A stretch of DNA of 64,000 nucleotides from a virus (taxonomy: Duplodnaviria > Caudoviricetes). The stretch spans positions 1-64,000 of IMG/VR virus record IMGVR_UViG_3300021255_000070; one strand, written 5' to 3'. The notes beneath the pieces are model-generated. The model did not search any database and was not told the origin of the DNA. It saw only the letters and a program-made list of their open reading frames with translations. Made by a program: the position numbers and the translations under genes. Of the stretch, positions 26,704 through 37,493 are shown piece by piece (position 1 is the stretch's first letter; the number at the start of each line of letters is the position of its first letter).

Positions 26704-28960
26704 CCAAATGCAACCACTTAAATTAACTGATTGGGAGAATGAGCCTAACCTACGTATTCTTAAAAGAGATTTAGAAGCAAGTAAGCCTGCACATAATGAA
26801 CAGATTGCTAAAATTAAACAGTGGCAGGATCTTCTCTTGGTTCAGAATGCAGAAAAACCTAATGTTCAGAAAGGTCGTTCTCGTGTTCAGCCTAAATTAG
26901 TAAGAAGACAAGCTGAATGGAGATATTCTGCACTTACAGAGCCTTTCCTTGGTTCAGATAGAATCTTTCAGGTAAACCCACGCACATTTGAGGATATGGA
27001 AGCTGCCAAGCAGAACCAAATCCTTTTAAATTATCAGTTTGACCATAAATTAAATAAAGTTAAATTCATAGATGATTATGTACGTTCTGTAGTAGATGAA
27101 GGTACTGCTATTGTAAGACTAGGTTGGGAAAGAGTATCTCACCCTATTATTGAACAGGTACCTTTATATACTTTTATTCCTACGCAGGATGAACAGTTTC
27201 TACAGATACTTCAACAGGCTGTAGAATTAAAGCATACTAACCCTAGAGCCTTTAATGAGCAGGTATCACCTGAGATTCAGGAATCAGTAAATTATTTTGA
27301 GGAAACTCAAATTCCAGCTATTGCTCAAGTAACTGGTGTTACTGAAGTACAATCTGAAGAGATAGATGAAAACAGACCTCTAGTAGAATTAATGAATCCT
27401 GTAAATGTATTTATTGACCCTTCATGCCAAGGAGATATTGATAAAGCTCTATTTGTAATAGTAAGTTTTGAACCAAACAGAGCTGAGCTACAGAAAGCAG
27501 GTATTTATCAGAATCTTGATTTAGTGGATTGGTCTGGTTCAAATCCTAATCAGGCAGATGACCACGAAAGTACTACTCCTACTGACTATACTTTAGATGA
27601 TCCATACAGAGATAGAAAAGTAGCTTATGAATACTGGGGATATTATGATATTCATGGTACAGGTGAATTAGTACCTATTGTAGCTACTTGGATTGGTAAT
27701 ACTATTATCCGTATGGCAGAGAATCCATATCCTGATGGTAAATTACCTTTTGTCTTGGTTCCATATCTACCTATTAAACGTTCTGTATATGGTGAAACAG
27801 ATGCAGAATTATTAGCAGATAATCAGAGAATAGTAGGTGCTGTAACTAGAGGTATGATTGACTTATTAGGTAAGTCAGCCAATTCACAGCAAGGCTATGC
27901 TAAGAACTTTTTAGATCCGGTAAATCAGAGAAGATTTGAAGCAGGACAGGATTATGAATTTAATCCTGAAGTACCTCCTACTGCTGGTTACATGATGCAT
28001 ACTTATCCTGAAATACCTCAGTCAGCTTTAACTGTTATTCAGATGATGAACCAAGAAGCTGAATCTATGACTGGTGTTAAGTCATTTTCTGGTGGTATTT
28101 CTGGTGAAGCTTATGGTCAGGTAGCAGCAGGTATTCAAGGTGTATTGGATGCTTCATCCAAGAGAGAAATGGCTATCTTACGTAGATTAGCTAAAGGTAT
28201 CTCTGATATTGGAACTAAGATTATTGCTATGAATGCTGAGTTCTTAGAAGATACTGAAGTAATCAGAGTAACTAATAAAGACTTTATTCCTATCTACAGA
28301 GATGACCTAAAAGGTCATTTTGATTTAATGGTAGATATTTCTACTGCTGAAGTAGATAATGCTAAAGCTCAAGATTTAGGATTTATGTTACAGACTATTG
28401 GACCTAACTTAGATCCTACTCTTATGACTGAAATCTTGGCTCAAATTGCAGATTTAAAACGTATGCCTGATTTAGCAGAAAGATTAAGACAATGGAAACC
28501 TCAACCTGATCCTCTTGAAGAACTTAAGAAACAGCTTGAAATTCAGAAGTTACAGTCTGAAATTGCTCTTAATAATGCTCGTGCTCAGAACCAGTCTGCT
28601 GATGCTGAATCTAAAGAAGTTGATACTCAGCAGAATATTGATGGTACTAAGCATCATAGAGAACTTGAGAAACAGCAGGCTCAAGCTCAAGGTAATCAGG
28701 ATTTGGAAATCATTAAGGGACTTACTAAGACACGTAAGTTGGGTGAATCTGCTCCTAACATAGATGCAGCAGTAGGTTATAACTTAATGAAAGGTGCTTT
28801 AAAAGACGCTGCTAATGCTCGTCTAGGCACACAGGATTCAGTAACTCATAGATTACCTAATGAGTCTGAAAGATGGAACCAAGCCAATAGACAATTAGCT
28901 AATGGCGTTGGTTCAAATAACATAAACTTTGTTCCTCCTTCACAGGCTGGTAATGTTTAA
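26696..28960 (+). CDS. Portal protein (N4 gp59-like)
   Basis: GRSRVQPKLVRRQAEWRYSALTEPFL and QAQAQGNQDL patterns of N4-type portals; 754 aa. Confidence 0.93.
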   Translation: MSDQMQPLKLTDWENEPNLRILKRDLEASKPAHNEQIAKIKQWQDLLLVQNAEKPNVQKGRSRVQPKLVRRQAEWRYSALTEPFLGSDRIFQVNPRTFEDMEAAKQNQILLNYQFDHKLNKVKFIDDYVRSVVDEGTAIVRLGWERVSHPIIEQVPLYTFIPTQDEQFLQILQQAVELKHTNPRAFNEQVSPEIQESVNYFEETQIPAIAQVTGVTEVQSEEIDENRPLVELMNPVNVFIDPSCQGDIDKALFVIVSFEPNRAELQKAGIYQNLDLVDWSGSNPNQADDHESTTPTDYTLDDPYRDRKVAYEYWGYYDIHGTGELVPIVATWIGNTIIRMAENPYPDGKLPFVLVPYLPIKRSVYGETDAELLADNQRIVGAVTRGMIDLLGKSANSQQGYAKNFLDPVNQRRFEAGQDYEFNPEVPPTAGYMMHTYPEIPQSALTVIQMMNQEAESMTGVKSFSGGISGEAYGQVAAGIQGVLDASSKREMAILRRLAKGISDIGTKIIAMNAEFLEDTEVIRVTNKDFIPIYRDDLKGHFDLMVDISTAEVDNAKAQDLGFMLQTIGPNLDPTLMTEILAQIADLKRMPDLAERLRQWKPQPDPLEELKKQLEIQKLQSEIALNNARAQNQSADAESKEVDTQQNIDGTKHHRELEKQQAQAQGNQDLEIIKGLTKTRKLGESAPNIDAAVGYNLMKGALKDAANARLGTQDSVTHRLPNESERWNQANRQLANGVGSNNINFVPPSQAGNV

Positions 28961-28977
28961 ATATTTGGAGAAATATC

Positions 28978-29325
28978 ATGGAAAATGATGAAATCTTTAA
29001 ACTTAGACAGGACATTGAAGAGCAAAAACAATTCCTTCTAAAAGTTAATGAACTAAAAGAACTTGAAAAGAATGCTCTATTTAAAAAGCATATCTTAAAT
29101 GGTTTCTGTAGAGATGATGTAGCTAAGAACGTACAGCTTAGTTTAAATACTAAGTTAAGACCTGAGACTAGAGAGCATTGTACTCATTTAGCTGAAGCAG
29201 GTGCTACTTTCTCTTCTTGGTTCTCTGAAATGTTAAAACTCGGAGAAATTGCTGAAGCAAGAATTAGAGAAGATGAAGCTGAAATCAATAATATTTATGC
29301 AAGTGCTAGCCAGTCAGAGGAATAA
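28978..29325 (+). CDS. N4 gp58-like hypothetical protein
   Basis: Size and position between portal and gp57; LEKNALFKKHILNGF. Confidence 0.7.
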   Translation: MENDEIFKLRQDIEEQKQFLLKVNELKELEKNALFKKHILNGFCRDDVAKNVQLSLNTKLRPETREHCTHLAEAGATFSSWFSEMLKLGEIAEARIREDEAEINNIYASASQSEE

Positions 29326-29328
29326 GGT

Positions 29329-30396
29329 ATGAGTGATAATGTAAACCCATTAGATATGTCAGATGAAGAGTTTTTAAATGCTAATCCTTCTCCTGAAGGT
29401 CTGGCTCCAGAGAAAGAACAAGAAACAAAAACTCCAGAGTCAGAACAGTCCGAAACAGATAATACTTCATCTGAACTTGAGTTAACTGATACAGATAACT
29501 CTAATGATTCTTCTGAACAGTTGACAGAGCAAGAAAAGTCAACTAATATTCAAAGCAAAGAGCCTGTTGAAGAAGAACAACCTCAAGTAAATTATGAGGA
29601 TTTTTATAAACAGGTTATGGCTCCATTCAAAGGTAATGGTAAAACTATTACTTTGAAGAATGCAGAAGAAGCAATACACCTAATGCAACAGGGTGTTAAC
29701 TATACGCAAAAGATGCAACAGATTGGTCCGTATAGAAAAGCACTCTTGATGTTGGAAAAGAATGGTCTTTTAGATGAAAATCAGCTTTCCTTCTTAATTG
29801 ATGTAAAGAACAAGAATCCTGAAGCCATCAAGAAATTCTTGAAAGACAATCAAATAGACCCATTAGACATTGATATAACGCAGGAACCTAATTACCAAGC
29901 TGGTAAAAATTTAGTCTCAGATCAAGAGGTAAATTTTAATAGTACATTACAAGATGTTATGTCCACTCCTGAAGGAATGGAAACTGTTAAAACAGTTAAT
30001 GACACTTGGGATGTAGAAAGTAAAAATTACCTTGTTCAGAACCCTGAAGATTTGAGAAATATACATATCCAAATGCAAAATGGTGTGTATAAGCTTATTA
30101 CAGATGAAATATCAAGATTAAGGACTTTAGGACAAATCCCATCTTCTATGCCATTTGTAGAAGCATATCGTTTAGTAGGTAACAATATCTTGGCTCAGAA
30201 ACAACAGCAGCAACAAGTACAAACTACTAGACCAGCTAATAGGGTTCAATCATCATTGTCTAATGGCAATAAAATCCGTCAAGCTGGTATCTCCAGTAAT
30301 TCTCCTAAACAACCACGTAAAGCTGGTAACATGATTAATCCTTTAGCCATGTCTGATGAGGATTTTGAGAAACAGTTTGGCAATAGATATTATTAA
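29329..30396 (+). CDS. N4 gp57-like protein (probable scaffold)
   Basis: LDMSDEEF start, acidic low-complexity N-terminus, PFKGNGK...MQQGVNYTQKMQ, ends PLAMSDEDFEK. Confidence 0.85.
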   Translation: MSDNVNPLDMSDEEFLNANPSPEGLAPEKEQETKTPESEQSETDNTSSELELTDTDNSNDSSEQLTEQEKSTNIQSKEPVEEEQPQVNYEDFYKQVMAPFKGNGKTITLKNAEEAIHLMQQGVNYTQKMQQIGPYRKALLMLEKNGLLDENQLSFLIDVKNKNPEAIKKFLKDNQIDPLDIDITQEPNYQAGKNLVSDQEVNFNSTLQDVMSTPEGMETVKTVNDTWDVESKNYLVQNPEDLRNIHIQMQNGVYKLITDEISRLRTLGQIPSSMPFVEAYRLVGNNILAQKQQQQQVQTTRPANRVQSSLSNGNKIRQAGISSNSPKQPRKAGNMINPLAMSDEDFEKQFGNRYY

Positions 30397-30410
30397 GAAG
30401 GAAATGAAAA

Positions 30411-31682
30411 ATGGGAACTATTACTAATTCAAACGAGTTTCAGAGTTCAAATGTAACTGTTAATCCATCACAGAATCCAATGAACTATAACAAGCCAGAT
30501 ACCAATCCATCTACTGTAGACGTTTATGGTGTTGACGGTGCTGGCAATAAGCAGATGAATACCTTCTACTGGTATAAGAGAGCTTTAATTGAGGCTAAGA
30601 AAGACCAGTACTTCGGACAGATGGCATCTACTATCAATATGCCTAAGCATATGGGTCAGAAGATTCAGCGTTATGTATATGTACCTCTGTTGGATGATAG
30701 AAACATTAACGATCAGGGTATTGATGCTACAGGTGCTCATATTGTTAATGGTAACCTCTATGGTTCATCTAAAGACGTAGGTAAGATTCTATCTAAGTTA
30801 CCTGTTCTAGGTGAGAATGGTGGTAGAGTTAACCGTGTAGGCTTCACACGTACAACTCGTGAAGGCTCAATGAAGAAGTATGGTTTCTTCTTTGAGTGGT
30901 CAGAAGATTCACTACAGTTTGATTCAGACCCAGAGTTATATCAGCACATGTATAACGAAGCTATCAAGGGTGCATCTGAAATGACTGAAGATATGCTTCA
31001 GATTGACCTTCTGAACCATGCAGGTGTTCAGCTCTTCCCGGGTGATGCTACTTCTATTGCTACTGTATCAGGTGAAGGTTCTACTCCTCACGTACTTACC
31101 TACAGAGACTTACAGAAGTTAGATCAGGTATTAACTGATAACCGTTGTAAGTATGATACCCGTATCATTACTGGTACTCGTAACATTGATACTAAGGTAG
31201 TCCCAGCAGCTCGTATTGCTTTCATTGGTTCAGAGTTAGCTCTACAGTTACAAGATATGGTTGATAACTTTGGTAATCCAGCATTCGTATCAGTTGAACA
31301 CTATGCAGCAGGTACTACTGTTCTACGTGGTGAGATTGGTAAGATTGGCAAATTCCGCTTCGTACAGGTTCCAGAGATGGAGTTCTTCGAGGGACAAGGT
31401 GCTGCTGTAACTGATACTGATTCTCCATTTGCTAACGATGGTTCTAAGTACAATGTTTACCCAATGTTAGTAATTGGTGATGATGCTTTCAATACTATTG
31501 GCTTTACTACAGATGGTGCTCATGATAAGTGGAAGATTATGGTTAAGAAACCTGGCATGGCAACTGCTGATAAGACAGACCCATATGGCACTCAGGGCTT
31601 CTGCTCAATTCAGTTCTGGTATGGATTCCTATGCAACAGACCAGAGCGCATTGCAGTAGCTTACTCAGTAGCTCAAGCTTAA
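30411..31682 (+). CDS. Major capsid protein (N4 gp56-like)
   Basis: MPKHMGQKI...YVPLLDDRNINDQGIDATGA, GENGGRVNRVGF, DPYG..GF.SIQ.WYG. Confidence 0.95.
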   Translation: MGTITNSNEFQSSNVTVNPSQNPMNYNKPDTNPSTVDVYGVDGAGNKQMNTFYWYKRALIEAKKDQYFGQMASTINMPKHMGQKIQRYVYVPLLDDRNINDQGIDATGAHIVNGNLYGSSKDVGKILSKLPVLGENGGRVNRVGFTRTTREGSMKKYGFFFEWSEDSLQFDSDPELYQHMYNEAIKGASEMTEDMLQIDLLNHAGVQLFPGDATSIATVSGEGSTPHVLTYRDLQKLDQVLTDNRCKYDTRIITGTRNIDTKVVPAARIAFIGSELALQLQDMVDNFGNPAFVSVEHYAAGTTVLRGEIGKIGKFRFVQVPEMEFFEGQGAAVTDTDSPFANDGSKYNVYPMLVIGDDAFNTIGFTTDGAHDKWKIMVKKPGMATADKTDPYGTQGFCSIQFWYGFLCNRPERIAVAYSVAQA

Positions 31683-31709
31683 TAGTTCAATAATTATGTC
31701 TCCTAAAAT

Positions 31710-31738
31710 AAAATGCCCTCGCAAGAGGGCATTTTTTT
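31710..31738 (+). terminator. Intrinsic terminator after capsid gene
   Basis: AAAATGCCCTC-GCAA-GAGGGCATTTT plus T run. Confidence 0.9.
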
Positions 31739-31780
31739 AATTATAATTAAAGTACCTTTTAAATTTATGAGGAATTAATT

Positions 31781-32296
31781 ATGTCTGACAATAAAGCAGA
31801 GTTAGCACTCTTAAAAGAACAAGCTACTAAGCTAGGTATTGCTTATTCTCCTAACATTGGTTATGCAACCCTTAAAAAGAAGATTGATGCTAAATTAGCA
31901 GAAACTGAAGGTTTAACTCCAGAAGATACAGAACCAGTAACTAAAGTAGCTACTACTGGTTCAAAAAAGATGAATATGCTTAAACTTGTTAGAGTTCAGA
32001 TTACTAATCTAGACCCTAATGATTCAAATCTTACTGGCGAATACCGTACTTTCTGTAATGGCGTTACAGGTAAGATTGGTCGTATGATTCGTTATGGTAA
32101 GCCTTGGCATATTGAGTCCTGTATGCTTGATTCAATGAAGGAAGCTAAATTTGCTATTGTAACTCAGGAAGGTAATAAACCTCCTAGAACTACTCTTACA
32201 CCAAAATACTCTATTGAAATGCTTCCTCCTTTAACTCCTGAAGATTTAGCAGATTTAGCTAAAGCACAACAGGCTGGTAATAGAATAGATAATTAA
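31781..32296 (+). CDS. N4 gp55-like protein
   Basis: LKEQATKLGIAYSPNIGYATLKKKI, KLVRVQITNLDP, LAKAQQAG. Confidence 0.8.
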   Translation: MSDNKAELALLKEQATKLGIAYSPNIGYATLKKKIDAKLAETEGLTPEDTEPVTKVATTGSKKMNMLKLVRVQITNLDPNDSNLTGEYRTFCNGVTGKIGRMIRYGKPWHIESCMLDSMKEAKFAIVTQEGNKPPRTTLTPKYSIEMLPPLTPEDLADLAKAQQAGNRIDN

Positions 32297-32314
32297 TTTT
32301 AACTATACTTAAAT

Positions 32315-32342
32315 AAAAAAGACTCTACTATGGGTCTTTTTT
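32315..32342 (+). terminator. Intrinsic terminator
   Basis: AAAAAAGACTC-TACTAT-GGGTCTTTTTT. Confidence 0.7.
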
Positions 32343-32359
32343 AGTATTAGGAGTACAAA

Positions 32360-33073
32360 ATGGTAGATGTAACTAAATTTAGTAATGATATAGATTCTAT
32401 CACTATGCTAGAAAATCTAACTAAAGGACTTAACTTTCAGATTCCTGATGTAGATTTAGATGGTGATGGTTATAACATTCCTGCTTCTCTGATAGAGAGA
32501 CTAGGACAAGATCCTGAAAGTATTACAGTAGATAACCTTACTGAACCAAGAGTAAAAGGTGATAGAACTTTCGATAGAATCATGCATGCTTTTTCCATTC
32601 ACTTACAGGAAGAGCTTACTAATGGTCGTATTACTGGTGCTGATTATGCTACTGTTTACTCTAACTTAGCTTCAGTAGGTATGCAATGTGCAGTACAATT
32701 TGAATTAGGTAGATTTAAACAGCAATGGGAAGGTATAGCAGCTCAGATTAATGCTATTAAAGCTAATGTAGAATTAGCTACAGCAAAAGTACAGCTAGCT
32801 ATTGCTAAAGCTCAAGCTCATAACATGAAAGCTCAGTATGCTAATACAGTTGCTCAGTTAGCTATTGCGGATGCTCAGTATGCCTTGGTTCAACAGCAGA
32901 GAGATTCTTTTATGGCTAAAGATAGAAATGATGCTGCTAAACTACAGGTAGATTCATGGGCTGTAATGAAAGGTATTGATGAAGGTATTGAACCTCCTAC
33001 TAATTTACAGAATAGTTCTATTGATAGAAGCTTAAATAAGATTTATGAAGTATTAGATATGAAGGGAAACTAA
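32360..33073 (+). CDS. N4 gp54-like structural protein
   Basis: FDRIM...HLQEE...RITGADYATVY and QQRDSF...AAKLQVDSW patterns. Confidence 0.8.
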   Translation: MVDVTKFSNDIDSITMLENLTKGLNFQIPDVDLDGDGYNIPASLIERLGQDPESITVDNLTEPRVKGDRTFDRIMHAFSIHLQEELTNGRITGADYATVYSNLASVGMQCAVQFELGRFKQQWEGIAAQINAIKANVELATAKVQLAIAKAQAHNMKAQYANTVAQLAIADAQYALVQQQRDSFMAKDRNDAAKLQVDSWAVMKGIDEGIEPPTNLQNSSIDRSLNKIYEVLDMKGN

Positions 33074-33074
33074 T

Positions 33075-33506
33075 ATGTTAATAAATTCTATAGATAATAG
33101 TATCTTCTATACTAGAGATTTTATTGAAGGAACTAAACTATGGAATAAGATATATTCTAAGTATAGAAACTTTTCTATAGAAAATATGATTCATTATTAT
33201 GATAGTACACCTGTAACTGGTTTAGCATTATATGATGATAATCTTAAGTTAGTAGGTATTTGTTTTTATACATTTACTGTTCCCTATGGTTCTAATGATA
33301 AAACAATGGTTGTTACTCATTTTGTTACACATCCTGCTATAAGAAAATCTTTTATGGCAGGTAAATTTTTAAAAAAGATAGAATCTATAGCAAGAGATAA
33401 TAACTGTGTAGCTATTCTTTACCCAGATTGTACTTTTAATGGGTTCTTTGAAAAGCATCCTAATAAATATAAAGTAGCAGATATTATTTATAAACAGGAG
33501 TTATAA
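33075..33506 (+). CDS. GNAT-family acetyltransferase-like protein
   Basis: LVGICFY...VTHFVTHPAIRKSFMAGKFLKKIESIARDNNCVAI matches GNAT motif A geometry. Confidence 0.7.
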   Translation: MLINSIDNSIFYTRDFIEGTKLWNKIYSKYRNFSIENMIHYYDSTPVTGLALYDDNLKLVGICFYTFTVPYGSNDKTMVVTHFVTHPAIRKSFMAGKFLKKIESIARDNNCVAILYPDCTFNGFFEKHPNKYKVADIIYKQEL

Positions 33507-36500
33507 ATGGGTGGTCATTGGAATCCTTTTGATGCTATTAAAGGTGCCATTAAAGTAGTTACTGGTATTACTATTGTTAATGCTGTAAAACAGATATTAC
33601 AAGGTAAAATTGATAAAGCTATTGGAACCATAGTAAAAGACCAAATTCAGTCTTTAGGTATAAAACTTGAAGATGAATATGATGAAGTTACACAGATAGA
33701 TTCTAAAATGTATAACCTTCTTGGTTCAAATAAGCCTAATAGTGAAATTCTTACCTCTGCAACTAGATCTATAGTCTATAACATAGATATGTTACAAGCT
33801 ATTAAAGAAGACTTATTCAATGATGGTTTTGTACGTATTAATTCTTATGTTCAATGGGCTAAAAGACATAATATATATTCCAAAATTGGTTTTAATACTA
33901 CTGCTCTTTCCAATCATATTTCTGATCATCAGGTATTGGCTGCAATTAAAACAGTATTAGGTGACATAGATTACTATCCTAATACTGGTGATGTAGGTAA
34001 ATTACAGAACTTAAGATTCCAACTCGGATTTGCCTACTGTGGTAAGCATAATATTAATTTAGATGAACTTATATCCTGTGAACTTATAAGCAGTACTCAA
34101 GCTGAAGTGCTTCTTAAAGATGGAACTAAGATAGTATTTAATTTATCAGAATTTAATTTAAATCCTAATGATGAGTATGCTGTATGTATTTATAGAACTT
34201 ATCAAGATGTTTATATATATATAGCTTCTGAAGCAAGTTTAAATGATTTACCTTTTAAAGAAGATTTAGGGATATTTACTAAAACTTTCAAAGAAGGTGA
34301 AACAGGATATAGTACTTATTCTGTTAGTGATGCCTGTGAAGAAGCAGGTGTACCTAGAATCTTTGTAGAAAGTTTTACTTATGAAGAACATGAAGTAACT
34401 GAGATTATTGAGCCAACTGAAGAAGAACTAGAAGAAGATCCTGATTTAGAACCAAGAGAAGAAACTCATAGAGAAAGAATTTATACTCTTACTTATGAAC
34501 AGTTAGATTATGATAGTCCACTTTTTGATACTACAAAGGATGCCTATTATATTTTTGAGCCTTCTACTGGTTCTGTATTTTTCTATGAAAAAACTCTTGT
34601 ATCAGTACCTACCTCTAATTGGACTTCCTATTGGTATAAATACGGTTCAGGTTTGCCTACTATTGATGCTCTCTGGCTCGAATCTACTAAACAGGTAGAT
34701 TCCCAGTACAGTTTCATGCCTATTCTTCCTGTAAGAACATATACTACTCCTATTACAGAAGAGTTATTTCCTGAGTATTATCCATTACTTCAGAAATCAT
34801 GTAAGAAAATCTTCAAAGATAGAAAATTCTATTCTAAATTAGTTAAACAAATAGATACTAATCCTCAAGCTACACATATAGATTTTGCTCATCTATTGTT
34901 TGGAGTACCTTTTAATAGAAAGGAAGAATATTCCATTGAGTATCTTTGCAAATTCTTTATTTATATAAGTTCCTATAGTAGATATTTTCAGACTCAAGCA
35001 TACGCAGGACAGTTTAATCCTATTAATGATTATGGTCAGCATGTAAGTTTATATTATCCTAGATATCAAAAAAGATTAGGCTATTGGTGTAATATGCCGG
35101 ATAGCATTACGGCTAATCTTAACTGGTCACTTTGTTGGGATGCCTGTCATTATGATACTTTCTTTTTAAACAAAGCTCCTAATAAACCTTATTGGATAGA
35201 AAATACTACTGTAGGTGGAGGACAATATAGACTTACAGGTGAAACAGCAAGTGTAGGTTTAGTATTCTTCCCAAATACACTACTAGGTGTTGCTAATTTT
35301 ATAGGATATACACCTTGTTTTATTACCAATATGTCATTAGATACTTCTTTGTTTTCCGCAGATTTAATGTTAAGAGGAATAACTCAAGGAGCTGACATTT
35401 ATGAGTATGATTCTTCTAATTCTAGAGCAGAGTATGATGCAAAAAAACAAGAACGTACTCCTATGATTCATAACAGTGCTTGGGTGAACGCTGGTAAATT
35501 AATTACACGGGAATGGCACATATGTTCTTCTACTGAGTTATCATACTTACATTCTAAATATGGATTACCTACTGATGCTCTTAGTTATGCTAGAAGTATA
35601 CTTGGTATAAGCAATAACAATAACCTACCTTATATACCTTCTTATCATTTAAGTAATTTAGGTAGACCTTCCACTAATGTTTTATCTTGTACTGCTATTG
35701 TCTTTGCACGAGAGTATAGAAAAGATGAATCAGGATCTGGATATTATTCATATGGAACACATAAAAGAAAATACCAAGGATGTGATGTTCCTTTTGGTTC
35801 AATAGGTATGAATCTTGAAGAGAATAATCGTAATAGTCTTTATTTTATAAATATGTTATCTAATGTAGAGTCTATTACTCCTTTACCTTCTGGTAGATGT
35901 TTAATCTTTAATAGACAGATTTCTAATACCTATTGTGAAAGAGCTTATTTATATAATCTCAATATTCATAATGAAATTCTTCCCGGATTTTCTATTGTAT
36001 ATAATGCATATAACTACTTAGATTCTATTGATGGTTCTGAGGGTACTTGTCCTTTTGTAATACCTATTAATCTCACTGTTATGAAACAGATGTCTATGGT
36101 TCATAGAAATGAGGTATTACAAGTATCTTACAATTTATTGTTTAATATTTTTGTAAAGGAAACTATTAGAATACCTTGGTATGCTACTTCTACTTTTAAA
36201 ATAGTATGTTTAGTAGCAAGAATTGTCGTTACAGTAGTATTATTTGTTATTACCCTACCAGCAGGTGGTCAGGGTGCTACAGCTTTTAATATGGTGGTTA
36301 GTGCTGTATCTACTGTAGTAGCTAATATTGCTATGCAAATGATTATATCTTCTATCATTAGTAAGATTATAGTAGCAATAGTAGCTTTAATAGTAACTAA
36401 GATTATAGCTAAAATTACAGGTAATGAACTCATTGGTACAGTAGCAGGTATAGCTGTTGCTATTGTTGGTTCATACATGATGAGTTCATACGATGCTAAT

Positions 36501-36926
36501 GGCAATGTTATTTCTTCTGATTCATTCTCTTGGGATAAATTATATACCAATGTATCTAATAAGATTACTGAGTTTATATCTAGTCCTAAAGATTTAGCTG
36601 AGTTAGCTATTTCAGGAGCTAATAAGTATGTAGCTAAGTTGAACCAAGGAGTTCAACAGGATTATATGGAAATGGCTAATGCCTATAAACAATTCCAGAC
36701 TACTACTCAGGATGAAGCTCAGAAGTTATATGAATTAGAAGCATATAATAATTCACTTAGAAATACTAACTTTGCAAGTACACTATCTACTAGAATGTTA
36801 CAGAACCCATATCAGGGAGCTAGGTTAAATACTACTTTAGCAGATAGTACAGCTATATATGCACTTTCTCAAAGTAAAGTCTATAATATGTATGAGATAA
36901 CTATTAATGTTAAAAACTATGTATAA
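33507..36926 (+). CDS. N4 gp53-like virion protein (extended)
   Basis: PILPVR...IDFAHLLFGVPFN...E...EYL..FF and C-terminal PWYATSTFK plus hydrophobic helices; position before gp52. Confidence 0.75.
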   Translation: MGGHWNPFDAIKGAIKVVTGITIVNAVKQILQGKIDKAIGTIVKDQIQSLGIKLEDEYDEVTQIDSKMYNLLGSNKPNSEILTSATRSIVYNIDMLQAIKEDLFNDGFVRINSYVQWAKRHNIYSKIGFNTTALSNHISDHQVLAAIKTVLGDIDYYPNTGDVGKLQNLRFQLGFAYCGKHNINLDELISCELISSTQAEVLLKDGTKIVFNLSEFNLNPNDEYAVCIYRTYQDVYIYIASEASLNDLPFKEDLGIFTKTFKEGETGYSTYSVSDACEEAGVPRIFVESFTYEEHEVTEIIEPTEEELEEDPDLEPREETHRERIYTLTYEQLDYDSPLFDTTKDAYYIFEPSTGSVFFYEKTLVSVPTSNWTSYWYKYGSGLPTIDALWLESTKQVDSQYSFMPILPVRTYTTPITEELFPEYYPLLQKSCKKIFKDRKFYSKLVKQIDTNPQATHIDFAHLLFGVPFNRKEEYSIEYLCKFFIYISSYSRYFQTQAYAGQFNPINDYGQHVSLYYPRYQKRLGYWCNMPDSITANLNWSLCWDACHYDTFFLNKAPNKPYWIENTTVGGGQYRLTGETASVGLVFFPNTLLGVANFIGYTPCFITNMSLDTSLFSADLMLRGITQGADIYEYDSSNSRAEYDAKKQERTPMIHNSAWVNAGKLITREWHICSSTELSYLHSKYGLPTDALSYARSILGISNNNNLPYIPSYHLSNLGRPSTNVLSCTAIVFAREYRKDESGSGYYSYGTHKRKYQGCDVPFGSIGMNLEENNRNSLYFINMLSNVESITPLPSGRCLIFNRQISNTYCERAYLYNLNIHNEILPGFSIVYNAYNYLDSIDGSEGTCPFVIPINLTVMKQMSMVHRNEVLQVSYNLLFNIFVKETIRIPWYATSTFKIVCLVARIVVTVVLFVITLPAGGQGATAFNMVVSAVSTVVANIAMQMIISSIISKIIVAIVALIVTKIIAKITGNELIGTVAGIAVAIVGSYMMSSYDANGNVISSDSFSWDKLYTNVSNKITEFISSPKDLAELAISGANKYVAKLNQGVQQDYMEMANAYKQFQTTTQDEAQKLYELEAYNNSLRNTNFASTLSTRMLQNPYQGARLNTTLADSTAIYALSQSKVYNMYEITINVKNYV

Positions 36927-36989
36927 GCCTCTTCTTTGGTTCAAAGAATGAATAAGCTTATCTTGTAACTAATTAAGAGGTAAATACTT

Positions 36990-37484
36990 ATGTCTGATTA
37001 TTTTAGTAATTTAAATACTAATACATACTATCAGCCATCTATTTTTGGTAATCCAAATAATCAGCTTAATTTAGCTAATTCTTCTGGAAATATTTTAAAT
37101 ACTGGTATTGGTGCTAGTAGTATTACAGGTGCTAATAACAGTTTAGGTTCTTTTAATAATTTATTTTCAGGTTGGGGCGATAGATTAAGTAATATTGGTT
37201 CATGGTTCGGTCAGGGAGATAACCTAAAAGGATTAGGTGAACTTACTCAAGGTATCGCTGGTGTTTTATCATATCTTAATGGCAAAAAAGGACTAGCTTT
37301 AGCTAGAGATCAGCTTGATACTGCTAAGAACCAATGGTTAACCAACCATAATATTGAAGTTCAGCTTCAGAATAATAAAACTAGAGATATTCTTGGTCCA
37401 CGTTTAATGCAAAATACTGGAAGCAAAGATAATTTAGCACAAGAATATAACTTACGTAAATTAAATACTTTAAATAGTATTTAA
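36990..37484 (+). CDS. N4 gp52-like ejection protein
   Basis: G/N/S-rich, Cys-free, GLALARDQL..AK pattern, position. Confidence 0.7.
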   Translation: MSDYFSNLNTNTYYQPSIFGNPNNQLNLANSSGNILNTGIGASSITGANNSLGSFNNLFSGWGDRLSNIGSWFGQGDNLKGLGELTQGIAGVLSYLNGKKGLALARDQLDTAKNQWLTNHNIEVQLQNNKTRDILGPRLMQNTGSKDNLAQEYNLRKLNTLNSI

Positions 37485-37493
37485 GGAGGTAGT

